The notes under the pieces are model-generated. The model made no database searches and had not been told where the DNA came from. It saw only the letters and a list, made by a program, of their open reading frames with translations. 64,000 nucleotides of DNA from Octopus vulgaris (taxonomy: Eukaryota), in NCBI GenBank assembly GCA_951406725.2, contig OX597818.1, positions 69,378,001 to 69,442,000 of the forward strand, read 5' to 3'. Shown one piece after another: positions 22,998-36,555 of this stretch; positions within the stretch are counted from its first letter, which is position 1; every line of letters starts with the position of its first letter. Both the position numbers and the translations under genes were made by a program.

Positions 22998-23635
22998 TTT
23001 CCTACTCAAGGCACAATACCCGAAATTTGGGGGGAGAGGGCCAGTCAATTAGATCGACCCCACTATGCAACTGGTACTTTATTTATTGACCCCGAAAGGA
23101 TGAAAGGCAAAGTCGACCTCGGCAGAATTTAAACTCAGAACACAACGGCAGATGAAATACCTATTTCTTTACTACCCACAAGGGGCTAAACACAGAGAGG
23201 ACAAACAAGGACAGACAAACGGATTAAGTCGATTGCATCGACCCCAGTGCGTAACTGGTACTTATTTAATCAACCCTGAAAGAATGAAAGGCAAAGTCGA
23301 CCTCAGCAGAATTTGAACTCAGAACGTAAAGACAGACGAAATACCGCTGTGCATTTCGCCCAACATGCTAACGATTGTACCAGCTTGCTGCTTTGTTACA
23401 TCAACATGAATCAGGTGGCAAAGCTCACAAAATCCTTTTCGTACACCAAGAAATCTGCTTAGCAGTATTTTGTCCATCTTTACACTCTGAGTTCAAATTC
23501 CACTGAGGTTGACTTTGCCTTTTATTCTTTTAGGGCTGGCAAAATAAGTACCAGTAACATACTGAGAGTCAATGTAATTGACTTATCGCTTCTCCATACA
23601 ATTGCTGGCCTTGTGCCAAAATTTGAAACTGTCAT
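22998..23635. mobile_element. Head-to-head SINE family B pair (- dimeric copy 22998-23395; + copy 23413-23635)
   Basis: gaaaggatgaaaggcaaagtcgacctcggcagaattt occurs twice in the left copy; gagttcaaattccactgaggttgactttgcctttt in the right copy. Confidence 0.85.
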
Positions 23636-24951
23636 AACAATATTAGTGATTGATTTACCACTGGTCATAGATGTGCTAAACCAGGGCTGGCCTAGGGTTA
23701 AAAAACCAACAGTATGATCATGGCCGGAACACCTTTGATCATAGGCATGCACAGTCATGACTGACCTGGGGTTAAACATCAGCATCTACAACAACAACAA
23801 TATCAATTGATATAACAAGGCAATGCTGGAGCAAATGTGTTAACACCAGACTTACTATAAATAGCAGCCAAATTCCCATTTAATCACTTTGTAGTATCTT
23901 GAAGCAAGAAGGACACATAGGAATATATAAGTGTACAGTTATGCTATTTGAAGAGTGAAGGTCTGTCGTGGTTGGACTGCTTTTTATCATAGGGCAGCCC
24001 TAATGATCAATACTGACCCTGGGTTAAACAACAGAACTAATTCTAATGGAATTTCTATGACATAACGTAGCAAAACCACCTGAGTAAGTAAGTGTCAGAA
24101 ATTTATTCATTAATGTATTCTGCAGCCAGCCTTTGCCGCTGCCGACCTTATCAAATATGTATTTTAATGTTCACCAGAGGAGGAAATGCCTTTTACGTTT
24201 CTGAGAGAGAGAGAATGTTCCATGTGAAGCCCATCTCCTGATTGCAGTCATCACCCATAGAGACTTGCTACCTGCATTTACAAATTGTCTGCAACTAATT
24301 AACAACCTCTCGTCTTTGCTGCCAACTGCAACAATATCCAAATTTTATGATTGACAATAAAATATTCAACAAAGAAAAAGATAAATAAAGGATAGACTAC
24401 ATTCAGATTCATTAACTAACACGTTAACGAGCAATCCATACATTTGGGTCTCTCTGTACAATATTATTTAATATTTTCAAATCCCTATATTGGTATTTGC
24501 TGAATTCCATTTCCACTTCCATAAAATAAAACTTTCTCTGTTTAGCTTCATATAAATTTCTATGTCTTGTTCTCCGCCATTACTTTCTGATATCATTCAC
24601 AGATATTCCCCAACTAAATTCACTCCCATTTGCTGCCATAAACCAAGAAATAATTTCGCCTTTTCTCTCTCTCTCTTCACTACATTTTATTATTCTATTT
24701 ATTAGATTTGTTTTTATTTTGTTTTATTTTTTTATGTAGATAGAAAATGAAACTTTCACATGGAAATGGTACTAGAGATTTGCACATGCCTGAGGAATTT
24801 GGATTAAAAATGAAATATGCATAATAGGCTGTGTCAAATTTGTTTTAAACATTACCAAAGGAATATATTTTTATTTGTTTCTTTACTTAGTTTTCTTTTG
24901 CCTTTTCTTTCTTTCATTTCTTCTTCTTCTTCTTCTTCTTCTTGTTCATTC

Positions 24952-24954
<3 letters not shown>

Positions 24955-25003
<49 letters not shown>
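24955..25003 (+). repeat. (GA)n microsatellite
   Basis: Direct reading of the sequence. Confidence 0.95.
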
Positions 25004-25010
<7 letters not shown>

Positions 25011-25644
25011 GCCAGAAGCAGGAATCACCACCTCTCCATTCCAACAGAGAGAGAGAGCAAGAGGAGATGCAGAATCGGAATGGGCAGGGAATGTCTGAGA
25101 GAGACGACTAAAGCTGTAATGTAATTATGGTTAGGTAATGCCAGGAATAAACATAGAACACATCATTTCTAATTATTTTGAATCTTTCTTAAGAGATTCT
25201 CAGATTCAAAATTTCAACAAAACAAAGCCTAATTAAAAACAGCCATGCAATTAGTAAATGAGAACATGATACAATACACAGGGAATTATGTAACAATACA
25301 TCTACACAAACTCAACTGATTGTCTTTGTTTTTTTTTTTGTCTTGTTATTTGTTGCTTCTATCACTTTATAGTCTTATAATTAATTAAGGCATAAAATCA
25401 GAGGAAGAGCCACTGAACAGTAAACAAAGCCATCAAAACCAGATTCCCATCTCAGAAACTATACACTTTTATTTATTACATAATGGAAATTAAAAATACT
25501 GCAGCAAATATTAATCCTCTTCTCAGTAAATTGCCAGGACAATTAAATCTCCTGATCACTTTTGTGATGTTGCCGTAAATGAAAGTTTGGTAGCAAGTTT
25601 AGATTCACAAATGCAAGGAAAGAACTAAACATACAGCGCTTATT

Positions 25645-25841
25645 ACCTTTTACTTTGTTTCTGTCAGTAGACTGTGACCATGCTGGGGCACTGTCTTGGA
25701 GAACTTTCAGTCAAACAACGAATTGAAGCCAGTACCTTTGTTTTAAAGGCTGGTACTTATTCTATCAGGCTCTTTTGCCAAACCACTTTGTTACAGGGAT
25801 GTAAACATACAAGCACTTACTCTCAGACAGTGGTAGTGGAT

Positions 25842-25879
<38 letters not shown>

Positions 25880-26050
25880 ATGTATGTAGTCATAAAACGG
25901 GCTTCTTTCAGTTTCCATTTATCAAATCCTTTGACAAGGCTTTCGTCAGTTGAGGCCATAGTAGAGGACTCTAGCCCAAGGTGCCATGCAGTGGGACTGA
26001 ACCTGGAACCACGTGGCTGAGAAGGAAACTTCTTTACCATACAGACACAT
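25645..26050 (-). mobile_element. SINE family A, near full length
   Basis: Reverse-complement match to 6701-7088. Confidence 0.82.
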
Positions 26051-26219
26051 CTAAAATTAAAGCATAGTTTTAATTTTATATATAGGTTGGTTGTTGTTTT
26101 ATATCCTTGGACAGCACTGATCTTAAATGGGGGTCTTGGCTTGTCACTCCAACGTGAGACCAAATACCAAATTCATTGTTTAATAATTCTTCAATCATTA
26201 TTCACAAGGTCATATTGCT

Positions 26220-26945
26220 CTGATATCCCAAATGATCTTACCTTAGTCACTGAGATATAGAAATGTCTAAGAGCATGTGTGTGAACAAGAAATCAAAGCT
26301 GCTGAAAAAAGGGAATATATCTCTCACAGCTCGGATGGAATTGAAAGCTTCTTCTCTCTGAATGGAGAAAAAAATCAAAAATGCATACAAGTACCTTGGA
26401 CATCACATGTCCGAATCTAAGACTGATATGGAAATCAGGATTAGTAAAGAATGAGGAGCGCTTAAATGTTTGGATAAGATATGCAAATCTAATCTTTCAT
26501 GAAAAACTAAAATAGATTTCTTCAGAGTTACAATTGAATCAAGTTTCGTTCATGATTTGATAACATTTGCAGCTGCAATGAAGTAAAACTTTAAATGGTG
26601 CACAGACACACAGACACACACCAGAATGCTATGTTCTATTCTGAATATCCCAAGGCATCAACACAAGACTAACAAAAAGTTATGCCAAGACATACCATAC
26701 ATGACAGAGACAATATAAAAGAAACAGGCTGAGGTTTATTGGTTACTGCTAGTGTCACGAGGTGGAGCTAGTTGCTCTTATGTGACAACTTTCTCATGGC
26801 AAACAGGGAAGAGGTAGAGCAGTGCAAAACAGGATCAACCAATTCTTAGAAGACACTGTAGGCACTATCCAAGGACTTAAATATGACACAGAGGAATGGA
26901 AGACACATGTTGGGAATGCTGAGAAATTCTTGAGAAACTATGATA
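26220..26945 (+). mobile_element. Old RTE/RTEX-clade LINE fragment (RT end and C-terminus)
   Basis: Translates as KYLGHHMSESKTDMEIRISKE*GALKCLDKICKSNLS*KTKIDFFRVTIESS, resembling the post-RT region of RTE-group ORFs. Confidence 0.7.
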
Positions 26946-26964
26946 TATATATCATAGTCTTAAA

Positions 26965-27920
26965 AGTAGTGTTCAAACATGGAGGTTGCACAGGAGCCAT
27001 AAAAACTACAGATACATGGGAAATTAAGTTTCTCAAATGCCATGGAGGCTCTTTGGAGGTAGCAGATTATTTCAGCTACCTAGGGGACCCAATCAGTAGT
27101 GGAGGAGGATGTATGGAGAGAGTAGTAGCTAGAATAAGAATAGGATGGAGAAAATTCTGTTGGCAGCCAAAGGTCTTTCTCATGTATGAGCCATGTATAC
27201 AAACAGCAATTCTATAGAATAATGAGTCATTTGTCCTGAATGCTGCAGACAAAGGAGAGCTAGAGAGGAACGAGGCTGGTATGTTCTGCTGGATGTGCAA
27301 TGTCAGCGTACATGTGCAACAGAGTGATAGTGCGTTGTGAGGGTAGTTTGGCATGAGTGGAATTAGATGCAGTGTGAAAGAGGGAAGACTGTGCTGGTTC
27401 GGTGTTGGGATGTGGATGGGTGCTGGCAGCTCCAAAAAGAAGTGTCATTCACTCAAAGTGGATGGTGTTTGTGAGAGAAGGAGAGAAAGGAGAAGTTGGG
27501 ATTAAGTATTAAAAGACGACTGCAGAATGGTGAACATCTCAGACAGGATGACGAAGGAATGAGATACCTGGCACCTTGCTGTACTCAAGAAGACCTGTCC
27601 TCCTCCACAGCAGAAGTGTGAAGGCCACATCTCCTGTTGAAGAGGATTGACTTGCAAGAGTCTTGTGATGGTGCTACATAAAAAGCACTCGTGCTGGTGC
27701 CACCTATGCCTGTTCGTGCCAGTGCCATGTAGAAGTGCCAAGCATACACTATAAAGTGGTTGGTATTAGGAAAGGGCATCCAGCTGCTGAAACCAAGCCA
27801 AACCAGACTGGAACCTGGTGCAGCTCTCTGGCTTACCAGCTCCAGTCAAGCCATCTAACCCAAGCCAACATGGAAAACTGATGTTAAGGGATGACGACGA
27901 TGATGATGATGATGATGATA
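26965..27920 (+). mobile_element. RTE-clade LINE 3' fragment with family C 3' end and (GAT)n tail
   Basis: GSLEVADYFSYLGDPISSGGGC..VVARIRIGWRKF, ELERNEAGMFCWMCNV and RLCWFG, then ggttggtattaggaaagggcatccagctg...(GAT)n. Confidence 0.8.
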
Positions 27921-28025
27921 TATATATATGCTAATGTGAATCAGTGAGGATCAGTATCCAACATCGGATGTGACAGGCAAGAAACCAATGGTAGCCTTGT
28001 TAACCCAGAAATAGTATATATACAT

Positions 28026-28135
28026 TGGGTCATCCCATAAATAATGCAGCTTTTTCAATTGCATGAACTAAAAGTTGAAGGGAGACAGGATAAACTACCT
28101 GTATCAATTTGTTCATCATAAATTGTGGGTGTTTC
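28026..28135. mobile_element. Possible mariner-like terminal fragment
   Basis: TTGGGTCATCCCATAAATAATGC resembles mariner TIR starts. No partner TIR was found. Confidence 0.3.
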
Positions 28136-28329
28136 TTATTTGCACATGTGCCAACATGTTGACAGAGTTTTATTTTCCTGTATTTTAATTTGCAGTCTGT
28201 GCAGCTATGCATTGTCATAATGAACCTTTCAGTTGTCCTATGTAACTTTCTCCTTCTGTCAGATTTTAATCTGACAGAATGTATGCAAATTTCATGATTA
28301 CACAAAAACTTACTTAATCTATTACTTTT

Positions 28330-28500
28330 CCTCAACAGGCTCTGCTCTATTTAACATCATCTCAAAACAAGTCAAAGAAAAAAAGATCCCATCACTTTCA
28401 AACAACATCTGGGCAAGTTTCTTCTAAGGAAACTAGAAGAGCCATCTGTACCTGGATACATCTCAGTCAATGATGACTTGTCACTTGAACGAACTTATAA
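28330..28500 (+). mobile_element. Extreme 3' coding end of a CR1/L2/Jockey-group-like LINE
   Basis: Frameshifted GSALFNII.KQVK / KDPITFKQHLGKFL / EPSVPGYISVND resembles the GPxLFNxLP...FKxxLDKFL..PDxP terminus of such LINEs. Confidence 0.45.
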
Positions 28501-29607
28501 TATCAGAGTTCGAGGTGGGGGTATAAAGGAAGCCAATTGTTGCTGAAACAAACCTATCATATATAATATGCTCCTTTAGAATTGCTGTTGGGCCAGTTTT
28601 GGTTTATGGGTCAACAATATAAACAATTACGGCTCCCATGAAGAAAACTCATGAAAACAGAGCATGCATCTTGCTCCTCTTCTCACCCTTCTTACATACA
28701 CAAGCAATAGAAGTGCCCTTGCCCCCGTCCAAACGGGTGTTTGCCAACCATGCCTCTGATGATGTGGTTGATTGCAGCTCCACCATGGTGTTCTGTCAGG
28801 GATTAGAAGTGGACATGAGAAACATCCTCTGGAAGAATCTGGACATTAATGAGAATCAGCTCAAGGGTTTGTTCTGGAAGAATTTCGATCCAGTGCCTTA
28901 GAATAAATTCCTGAAATCCCTTGGCTGGCTACTAGAGGTCATTGTCTATTTAAAACAAAACACTACAGCTATGGCAGCAGTGCCTTCAGCTGGGCCTTCC
29001 TGAGATATATGTAGAGGGACATGTAGAGAACAGGTTCATATGGTGCCTGAGCATTGCTGGCTTGTAAAGCGATGTTGAATAGCTGCTACCATGTGTTGGA
29101 TGAAACCAGTTATCAGAAAACTCAGCAATAAAGATCGGCTCACAGCTTTCCATTTATTAGGAAGGGCAGGAATTTCCTCCATCTAGTGGCTGTGGTGAAA
29201 GTGTTTGTGCGGTGAATGAGGCTGAAGTGACTGAAGGCTGACACTTTCCTCTTTGGCCCTCAACGATGTTTTAGGTTCCATTTGAAAAGGGAGGTGAGGG
29301 AGAGAAGCTTGCTGCCCCAACTTCTAGTAAACTTGTTGAAAAGTGAGTAAAGCCTGAGGGCCTATTCTTGGTTTCTATTCATAGGATTGAGGGAACAGGT
29401 GAGAAAGAGGTATTTCCTAGTTTTTACTCTTGGCAGTTAATGAGACCCAGATGCTCTGAGTTTCTTGGTTACCCTTGCTTGGTACTCCATCCTATTAGAG
29501 AATTTTGTTATAATTTTCTTGGATTGAATTTCTTGTTTCATCTCTCCCCATGTTATCGTTTATCTGTGTGTTGTCCTAAATGTTTATATACAGTCCTTGT
29601 GGCCAAA

Positions 29608-29735
29608 CAGAGTTCAAATTCCACTGAGGTCGACTTCACTTTTCATCCCCTTCAGGGTTTATAAATAAGTAGCAGTCGAACATTGGGGTAAATGTGATTC
29701 ACTTCCCCACCCCCAGAATAGCTGGCATTGTGCAA
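29608..29735 (+). mobile_element. SINE family B fragment
   Basis: gagttcaaattccactgaggtcgacttcacttttcatcccc. Confidence 0.75.
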
Positions 29736-29749
29736 AGTAAGAAAAAGAA

Positions 29750-29813
29750 ATCATCATCATCATCATCAACCTTATCATCATCATCATCATCATCATCATC
29801 GTCGTCGTCGTCG

Positions 29814-29863
<50 letters not shown>

Positions 29864-29900
29864 ATTATTATTATTATTGTTATTATTATCATTATTATCG
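29750..29900. repeat. Compound (CAT)n(CGT)n(TAT)n microsatellite
   Basis: Direct reading of the sequence. Confidence 0.95.
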
Positions 29901-30847
29901 TACACTGTGTATTCATTGTTGCCTCAGTGACATGTCTATCTTCATACACTTATGTTTGTCTCTGCAAATATATGCCTACTTCTGTGCTAGCATATGTTGC
30001 ATGTGTGCACGCATGTGTGTGTGTGTGTGTGTGAGTGTGTGCGTGTGTGTGTGTATGAGTGTGTTTGCATGCAAGAAACATCTTTACTTTTGCATATCTT
30101 TATTCTCTAAATTCTCTTTATGCCTGAAATATCTAGAAAGTGACTTTTGATCTTGAGATCAGCAGCAGAGATTTTAATAGAGCACAGTTCCAAACTAATA
30201 CAAACTATAAATATCTATAAATATCTATTATGTAAAACATAATTCAGAATTCTTTATCTTGCTTCTTTCTTTACTTGATAATTTCCATTTTTCTTTTTTT
30301 TCATCGTGTTTCAAAATTAGTTATGTTTTATGATGCTGCAACAAAACAAAGCAGCAAGAAGAATGGCAGGGAGTGAAGAATATCTTTCTATGATAGATTG
30401 ATTATAAAAATATTATTTTGGTCAGATTTCAATGTTGGAATTATATGTTTAAAAATGAAATATTGTTCATCTGCTGTGAACACAATTATATTATTTCACA
30501 CAGCGGAATCCTTCTCAGAATGTTAACCATTCTCTTCTCCTCATAGCATCCTCTATAATTATCTGTTATTCTTACTTTAATAAATTGTCTTTTACCGATA
30601 CCAACCAGAATTTTATGGGAGGTTCCTGATTCGTTAGAAATAGCAGTAAAATTTTTCAAAACTACACACTGCAAACAAATATGATTTGGTAGCATACACC
30701 GAGGCCCCACTGGTAGGTAGACAAGCCCCAATGTCTCATGAAACACGCCCCCCCAACCCCCACCACACCCACTGTGTGACAGATAAAGTGACCTTGTAAA
30801 CAGAAGGTAAACCAGGGAGGGAAGATGACCAACAGAGTAAACTTTAA

Positions 30848-31068
30848 CCCTTTCATTAATGTATTTATTTTAAGATGCTCTGTTTTTCCTTCAAATATTT
30901 TTGATATAAAAAAGAATTTAGTAAAATGACTTAGTTATCGTTAAGCTAATGTTAGGAACATAAATTGTGACTAAGGTTTGGCAGAAGATTTTAATTCAGA
31001 AATTTTGAAAACATGACATTTGTGCTACAGAGCCAGAGCCGGTTTCAGCCAGGTTGGTAACAAAAGGG
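30848..31068 (+). mobile_element. piggyBac-type MITE, 221 bp
   Basis: TTAA|CCCTTTCATTA ... TAACAAAAGGG|TTAA: TTAA duplication with CCC/GGG termini. Confidence 0.8.
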
Positions 31069-32399
31069 TTAAATAAAACAAGAGAAGTTAAAAAGAAGCC
31101 ATTGCTGTATTTTTGGCAGGGAAATTCAGGGATTTTCAGAGCTTGGCATGAAAGGTCATGGTTGAAGATGCCTGCAGATATGAGAGAGAACGAGGGAGGG
31201 GGAGAGGGACAGAGGGAGATAGACAGAAAGAGACAAAACGAGAGAGAGAAAGAGAGAGTGAGAGGTTGAAATTGAAAGGATGGTCATGGCTGTAATGCTT
31301 TTGTATCAGAGGTCTGCTTCATCAAGCCTGGCCGAGCCAAGGTCCAAAACAAAAGCAACCATTTTTTAAAACCCGTTTATTATGTCTGGCCAAAGGAAAG
31401 TTAAAACTGACCCTTATATACATTTCAAATATGAAAGGTTAAAAACGATTAGATATAGATCTGGGGCTGTTATTTCCACTGGTCTCTTTCTTTTGGGTAA
31501 AGCACTAACATACCTTCAGTTAACCCTGTATATGTAAATGGAGGTATCTTGCCTATTAAATTATTTCTGCTTAGAATTTTACTGCTAATGTTACTGGCAG
31601 ACTGTGTGGTTGAGTAGTTATGATATCACCATGGCAACAACAATGGTATTTGCAATGCCAGCTCAAGAAGAAGATGTTTCTTCCTGTAGATCAGTTTTAA
31701 TTCATCTTCTTTTCTTTTTGACAAATTACTTTCCTGACAACAAAACATGTGACGTAACTCTACAGCATGAATTGATAAAAATGTCTTCATACAATCTTCA
31801 TTTTGTTTTGGATTTTCCTTCTCCCAAGACAGTTTGCCTCCACATTATGAATATAAGAAACCTTGTTTCTCTTAGTTTGTTAAAAGAAGAAATGCAAAGC
31901 AAAAACTAAGATGGTGGAGAGAAAGGCGGAGAGCTTCGGTATGGAAGAAGTGTGTCAAGTTACTTATTGTTTTCTGGAACAGAAGTAGCAGTCGTTTAAA
32001 AGACTGAGTATATGTTACAAACACTTGTTACTGGTTCAGGTTTGACAAAAGAAACACACAAAAAGAAATGAATAAAGCAAACTAAAGTGCTACCAAGATA
32101 TACTTATAGATTAAAAGTGCAAGAGCGGACAAAATGGAGTTAAAAATATATATTAAAAGAAATGAAATCGAATTTATCTGAAGCAGTACATGATATATAG
32201 TTTATGGTTGTTTGTTGGTGGAGATGGTGAAAACTTAGGGAAAGTGGAATATATTAAAGGTTGCTAAAATATTCTCTCTCTCTCTTTCTTTATCTCTCTC
32301 TCTTTTTCTCTCTCTCTCTTTCTTTATCTCTCTCTCTCTTTCTCTCTTTCTCACACATCCCAACTTATATACATTGATACATAGTGTGTGTGCCCATAT

Positions 32400-33070
32400 A
32401 CCATCATCACCATCATTAATCCTCATCATTTAACATCTATGTTCCGTGTTGGTATCAGTTGGATGGTTTGACAGGGAACTGGCAAGACAGAGAGCTGCAC
32501 CAGGCTCCAAATGGCCCTTTTGGCGCAGTTTCTATGGCTGGATGCCCTTCCTAAAGCCAACCATTTTACAGATTGTACTGGGCACTTTTCATGAGGCACC
32601 AGCACAGAAGCACTTTAGGCATGTAGACAGACAGACAGACAGATAGGTAGACAGATAGATAAAGATATGTGTGTGTGTTTGTGTGTGTGTGTGTATAAGG
32701 CACTATCTGAAAGTGATCGATGCCAGTACCCCCTGACTGGCTCCCATGCTGGTGACACATAAAATGTGCCATCTGAATGTGGCTGATGCCAGTAGCCCCT
32801 GACTGGCTGCACCCACCAGCGGCACATAAAAATTACTATCCGAATGCAATCGATGCCAGGCCCACCTGACTGGCTGGCTCCTGTGCCAGTGGCATGTAAA
32901 AAGCACTCACTACACACTTGAAGTGGTTGGCATTAGAAAGGGCATCCAGCTGTTGAAACATTGCTAGATCAGATTGGAGCCTGATGTAGCCACTGGCTCT
33001 CTAGACCTCAGTCAAACCGTCCAACCCATGCCAGCATGGAAAAACGGACGATAAACGATGATGATGATGA
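32400..33070. mobile_element. Inverted family C pair (- 32400-32605; + 32700-33070 with 3 x ~66-bp internal units)
   Basis: GATGCCAG unit anchors at 32719, 32785 and 32852. (CAT)n and (GAT)n tails at the outer ends. Confidence 0.8.
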
Positions 33071-33949
33071 CACACACACACACATTCACAGTGCCTGGTT
33101 TTTAGTAATCCTGTATTTTTGTTCAGTCCATTGATTCATTGAACACAGGGAAAGAAATGTTTTCTGGTAAATGTCAGAACCTTTCTGTTTAGAATGTACA
33201 AACTCACCAACTTGACCTCACGCAATCCCCTATGTTAACAGTGAATAACTCCCCATAAATCATTGCAACAGAATTGCAATGCTACACAGGAATAACTCTG
33301 ACCACACCCCAACGACTAAGCCGGCTATTCACGGCAAGACAGACAGTTTATCTCCCCAGGAGAAATGACACTCTGCTAAGTTTGAGATTTGAAATAGGGA
33401 ATTGCTTTCATACGAAAAGAATGGTAATGAGAGAAAGTTTTGTAATATCTGTGCCAACAAGAGGTAATCACATCAGAGAAGTAATTAAGGAGATGGTTTC
33501 CATTCTCACATAATATACAGGGGGACTCATGGCAGCATAAACTACAAGGTAGTTGGTTTCCAATGTATGACATTCCATTATCAGTAATGGATTAGGAAAT
33601 GCCGTACCAAATACTCTCGATTTTGAGGTGCTGGATATAGTCAGCCAAGGATGTAGGCTGGTTCCTCGTGATATTCAAGCAGAAGCTTCAACATAGATTG
33701 TGGCTCTGTATGGTTGTGACAATACATTTATATACAGCATTATAGCATAAGTAATGGCCCACAAAGGACAATTAAGAAGTAATCTGCAGTTGTATACCTT
33801 ATTCTGAGAAGTGCATTAATAGCTGCATCAAAATCAGTAGAGTTAGCAATATTGTTAGTCCTATGGTTAGATCTATGAGTATTACTGTTATTGTTGTCAT
33901 CAGTAATATGAGTAGTATAGTTAGGACTATTCATATATATTTATTGTCC

Positions 33950-34422
33950 AAAGTCGAAATCAAACTCAGTGACTAGTATCCATTGCTAGTGGAGCGCAAA
34001 GAGTACCATACGAGTAAGATCGTTGCCAGAGTGACAAGCTGGCCTTCGTGCCGATGGCACGTTACACACACCATTCGAGCATGATTGTTACTGCATCACC
34101 TTACTAGCATTTGTGCTGGTGGCACGTGAAAAAACATTTGAACGGGGTCATTGCCAGTGCCACTGGAATGGCTCCTGTGCAGGTGGCACATAAAAAGCAC
34201 TATCTGAGTGTGGCCATTGCCAGTACCACCAAACTGACCCTCGTGCCGGTGGCATGTAAAAGCACCCACTACACTCTCAGAGTGGTTGGCATTAGGAAGG
34301 GCATCCAGCTGTAGAAACTCTGCCAGATCAGATTGAAGTCTGGTTCGCCAGACCCCAGTCATATCGTCCAACCCATGCTAGCATGGAAAGCAGATGTTAA
34401 ATGATGATGATGATGATGATGA
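33950..34422 (+). mobile_element. Family C element with ~65-bp internal tandem units and (GAT)n tail
   Basis: Repeated gtgc.ggtggcac.t.aaaa units, then gtggttggcattaggaagggcatccagctgtagaaac. Confidence 0.8.
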
Positions 34423-34667
34423 TATTCACATGTGTATCCATATGATCATAGTTGGCTTTAATAGTATCCATGTTATGCATACTACTTGTATTACTTGTAA
34501 TATTATCCATGTTATCATCCTTAGAAATCCATGTCCCTGTCTCGCTCTGATTGTGATCGTATTTTAAAAGCCCAAAATATCTGTTCTGTCTTTTAACAAT
34601 AAAACATGATCCTAAAATTTCCCCCAAAACTCAATGGGGTGCAAATGAATTGCAAACTGTATCTTGT

Positions 34668-35005
34668 GCTAGTTTCACTAATTAGACTGTGGTCATGCTG
34701 GGGCACACTTTGAAGAATTTTTAGTTCAATGAATTGATCCCAGTACTTATTCCTTTTAAGTATGATGCTTCTACTGAACCACTCACTTATGGGGATGTAA
34801 ACACACCAACACTGGTTATCAAACGGTGGTGGGGGACAGACACAGACACAAAGACACACACACACACATACAATGGGCTTCTTTCAGTTTTAATCTACCA
34901 AATACACTCATAAGACTTTGGTCTGCCTAAGGTTATAGTAAAAGACATCTGCCCAATGTACCATGCAGTGGAACTGAACCTGGAAGCATGTGGTTGAGAA
35001 GCAAG
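34668..35005 (-). mobile_element. SINE family A
   Basis: Reverse-complement match to 6701-7088. Confidence 0.8.
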
Positions 35006-35586
35006 TGTCATTATTGATGTTTGAATTCTAGTCACAGATGATCAACTTATGAATTGATATTAGAAGGTGGAATGCTAGAACTGAATACCAAGTTGGATAA
35101 TGGAATATGGGATTATCGTTATTTGAAGACACGTTTCCTTCAATGAGAACAGTCTTGTAAAATGGCAAGTTCCTCTGCGGTCTGAACCCTTACCACTTCT
35201 TTTATGAGAGAAAAAAATGCTCTTCTCAGTACTAATTTAACTACATTTCCCCTTATCTCAATAATTAGATCCTACCTGCAGTTCATTTAATTAATCTTTC
35301 ATCACTATCTCTAGCTAATTATTCACTCATAATAGATCAATCACTCACATTACAGATCCAATACAGGAATTTATACGTCACCCAATATTTTTAATGCTCC
35401 GTTGCTTTCTCAACTCAATTAGCAAAGTGGTGAGATTAAAAAGTTGGCTTTGCAGCCACGCAGTCCTCGGTTTGATCTCAGTGTGTGGCTCTTTGCAACC
35501 TTTTCGTTTGCTATGGCCTTGCATTAACGAAAACCTCATGAGTGAAATACAGCAGATGTTAAGTGTGCAGAATACTGCTTTACACA

Positions 35587-35623
<37 letters not shown>

Positions 35624-35812
35624 GCGCGCGCACGCACGCACACACACACACACACACACACATGCATGCACATACATACATACATACACATGGGCATGCA
35701 CACACAGACACACACACACACACACACACACATAAGTTCAAGATGGTATTTAGTTTGATAAGTGCTGACACACAAAACTCTCAGTCCTTGTTTCACTCAG
35801 TTACTCCTTCCA

Positions 35813-35813
<1 letters not shown>

Positions 35814-35876
<63 letters not shown>
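35814..35876 (+). repeat. (TAA)n microsatellite preceding a Dong-like fragment
   Basis: Direct reading of the sequence. Confidence 0.95.
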
Positions 35877-36480
35877 GGGTAAGACTGTATTTACATTTGA
35901 AAATATGCAAAATCTACGAAATCAACACTTATGCTTACTGGTATGAACATCATCCTGAGCCAGTCATGGAAAGTAAAAATGTCACTATCCTCCAGTTAGT
36001 ACCAACAGAATGATCCATGCCAATTGGCCAGACATAGTCATTAAAGACAAGGGAGAAAATACTTGTAGTCTAATAAATGTGTTCCCACTGATGAAAATAT
36101 ATCTGTAAAGGAATTTGACAAATCAAGTAAATATAAGGACCTGGAAACTGAAAGAGAAAAGATGTGGCATGTTAAAGTGAAAACTGTTCCTGTTATTGTG
36201 GGTGTTCTAGCTACAATAAGAAAGGGATGTCGAAAACATCTAGATAAGATCCCAGGAGAACCATGTCTCAGATAAATCCAAAAGATTGTGTTGACAAGTG
36301 CTGCTCACATCCTCAGAAAAACCCTATCCGTTTAAATGTCTGTGTTGTATTACATGATGATATTTCACCACTGCCCCTGCCACTTCCCTTCCCAAGCTTT
36401 CAGTCATACTGTAACATCTCTTACTCTTCCCTCACCCTAAGATGCTGGGTGTGTCTGGAAAGTGATGATAACAGACAGGA
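35877..36480 (+). mobile_element. Degenerate R4/Dong 3' fragment (RLE region and 3' UTR)
   Basis: RVRLYLHLKICKIY...WYEHHPEPVME.KNVTIL, PDIVIKDK, KYKDLETEREKMWHVKVKTVPVIVGVL, IQKIVLTSAAHILRK. Colinear with the ORF ending at 3142. Confidence 0.88.
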
Positions 36481-36555
36481 ATCATTATCATCATCATTAT
36501 CATCATCATCGTTTGAGTAAATAATAACAACTACAACAACAACAATAATAATAAT

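Noticed and set aside
28600-29600. Possible L1/Tx1-like LINE 3' remnant or host exon (ORF 28638-28901)
   Set aside because: Higher GC and transposon-like, but no diagnostic motif could be read. Left unassigned, as is 1-600.
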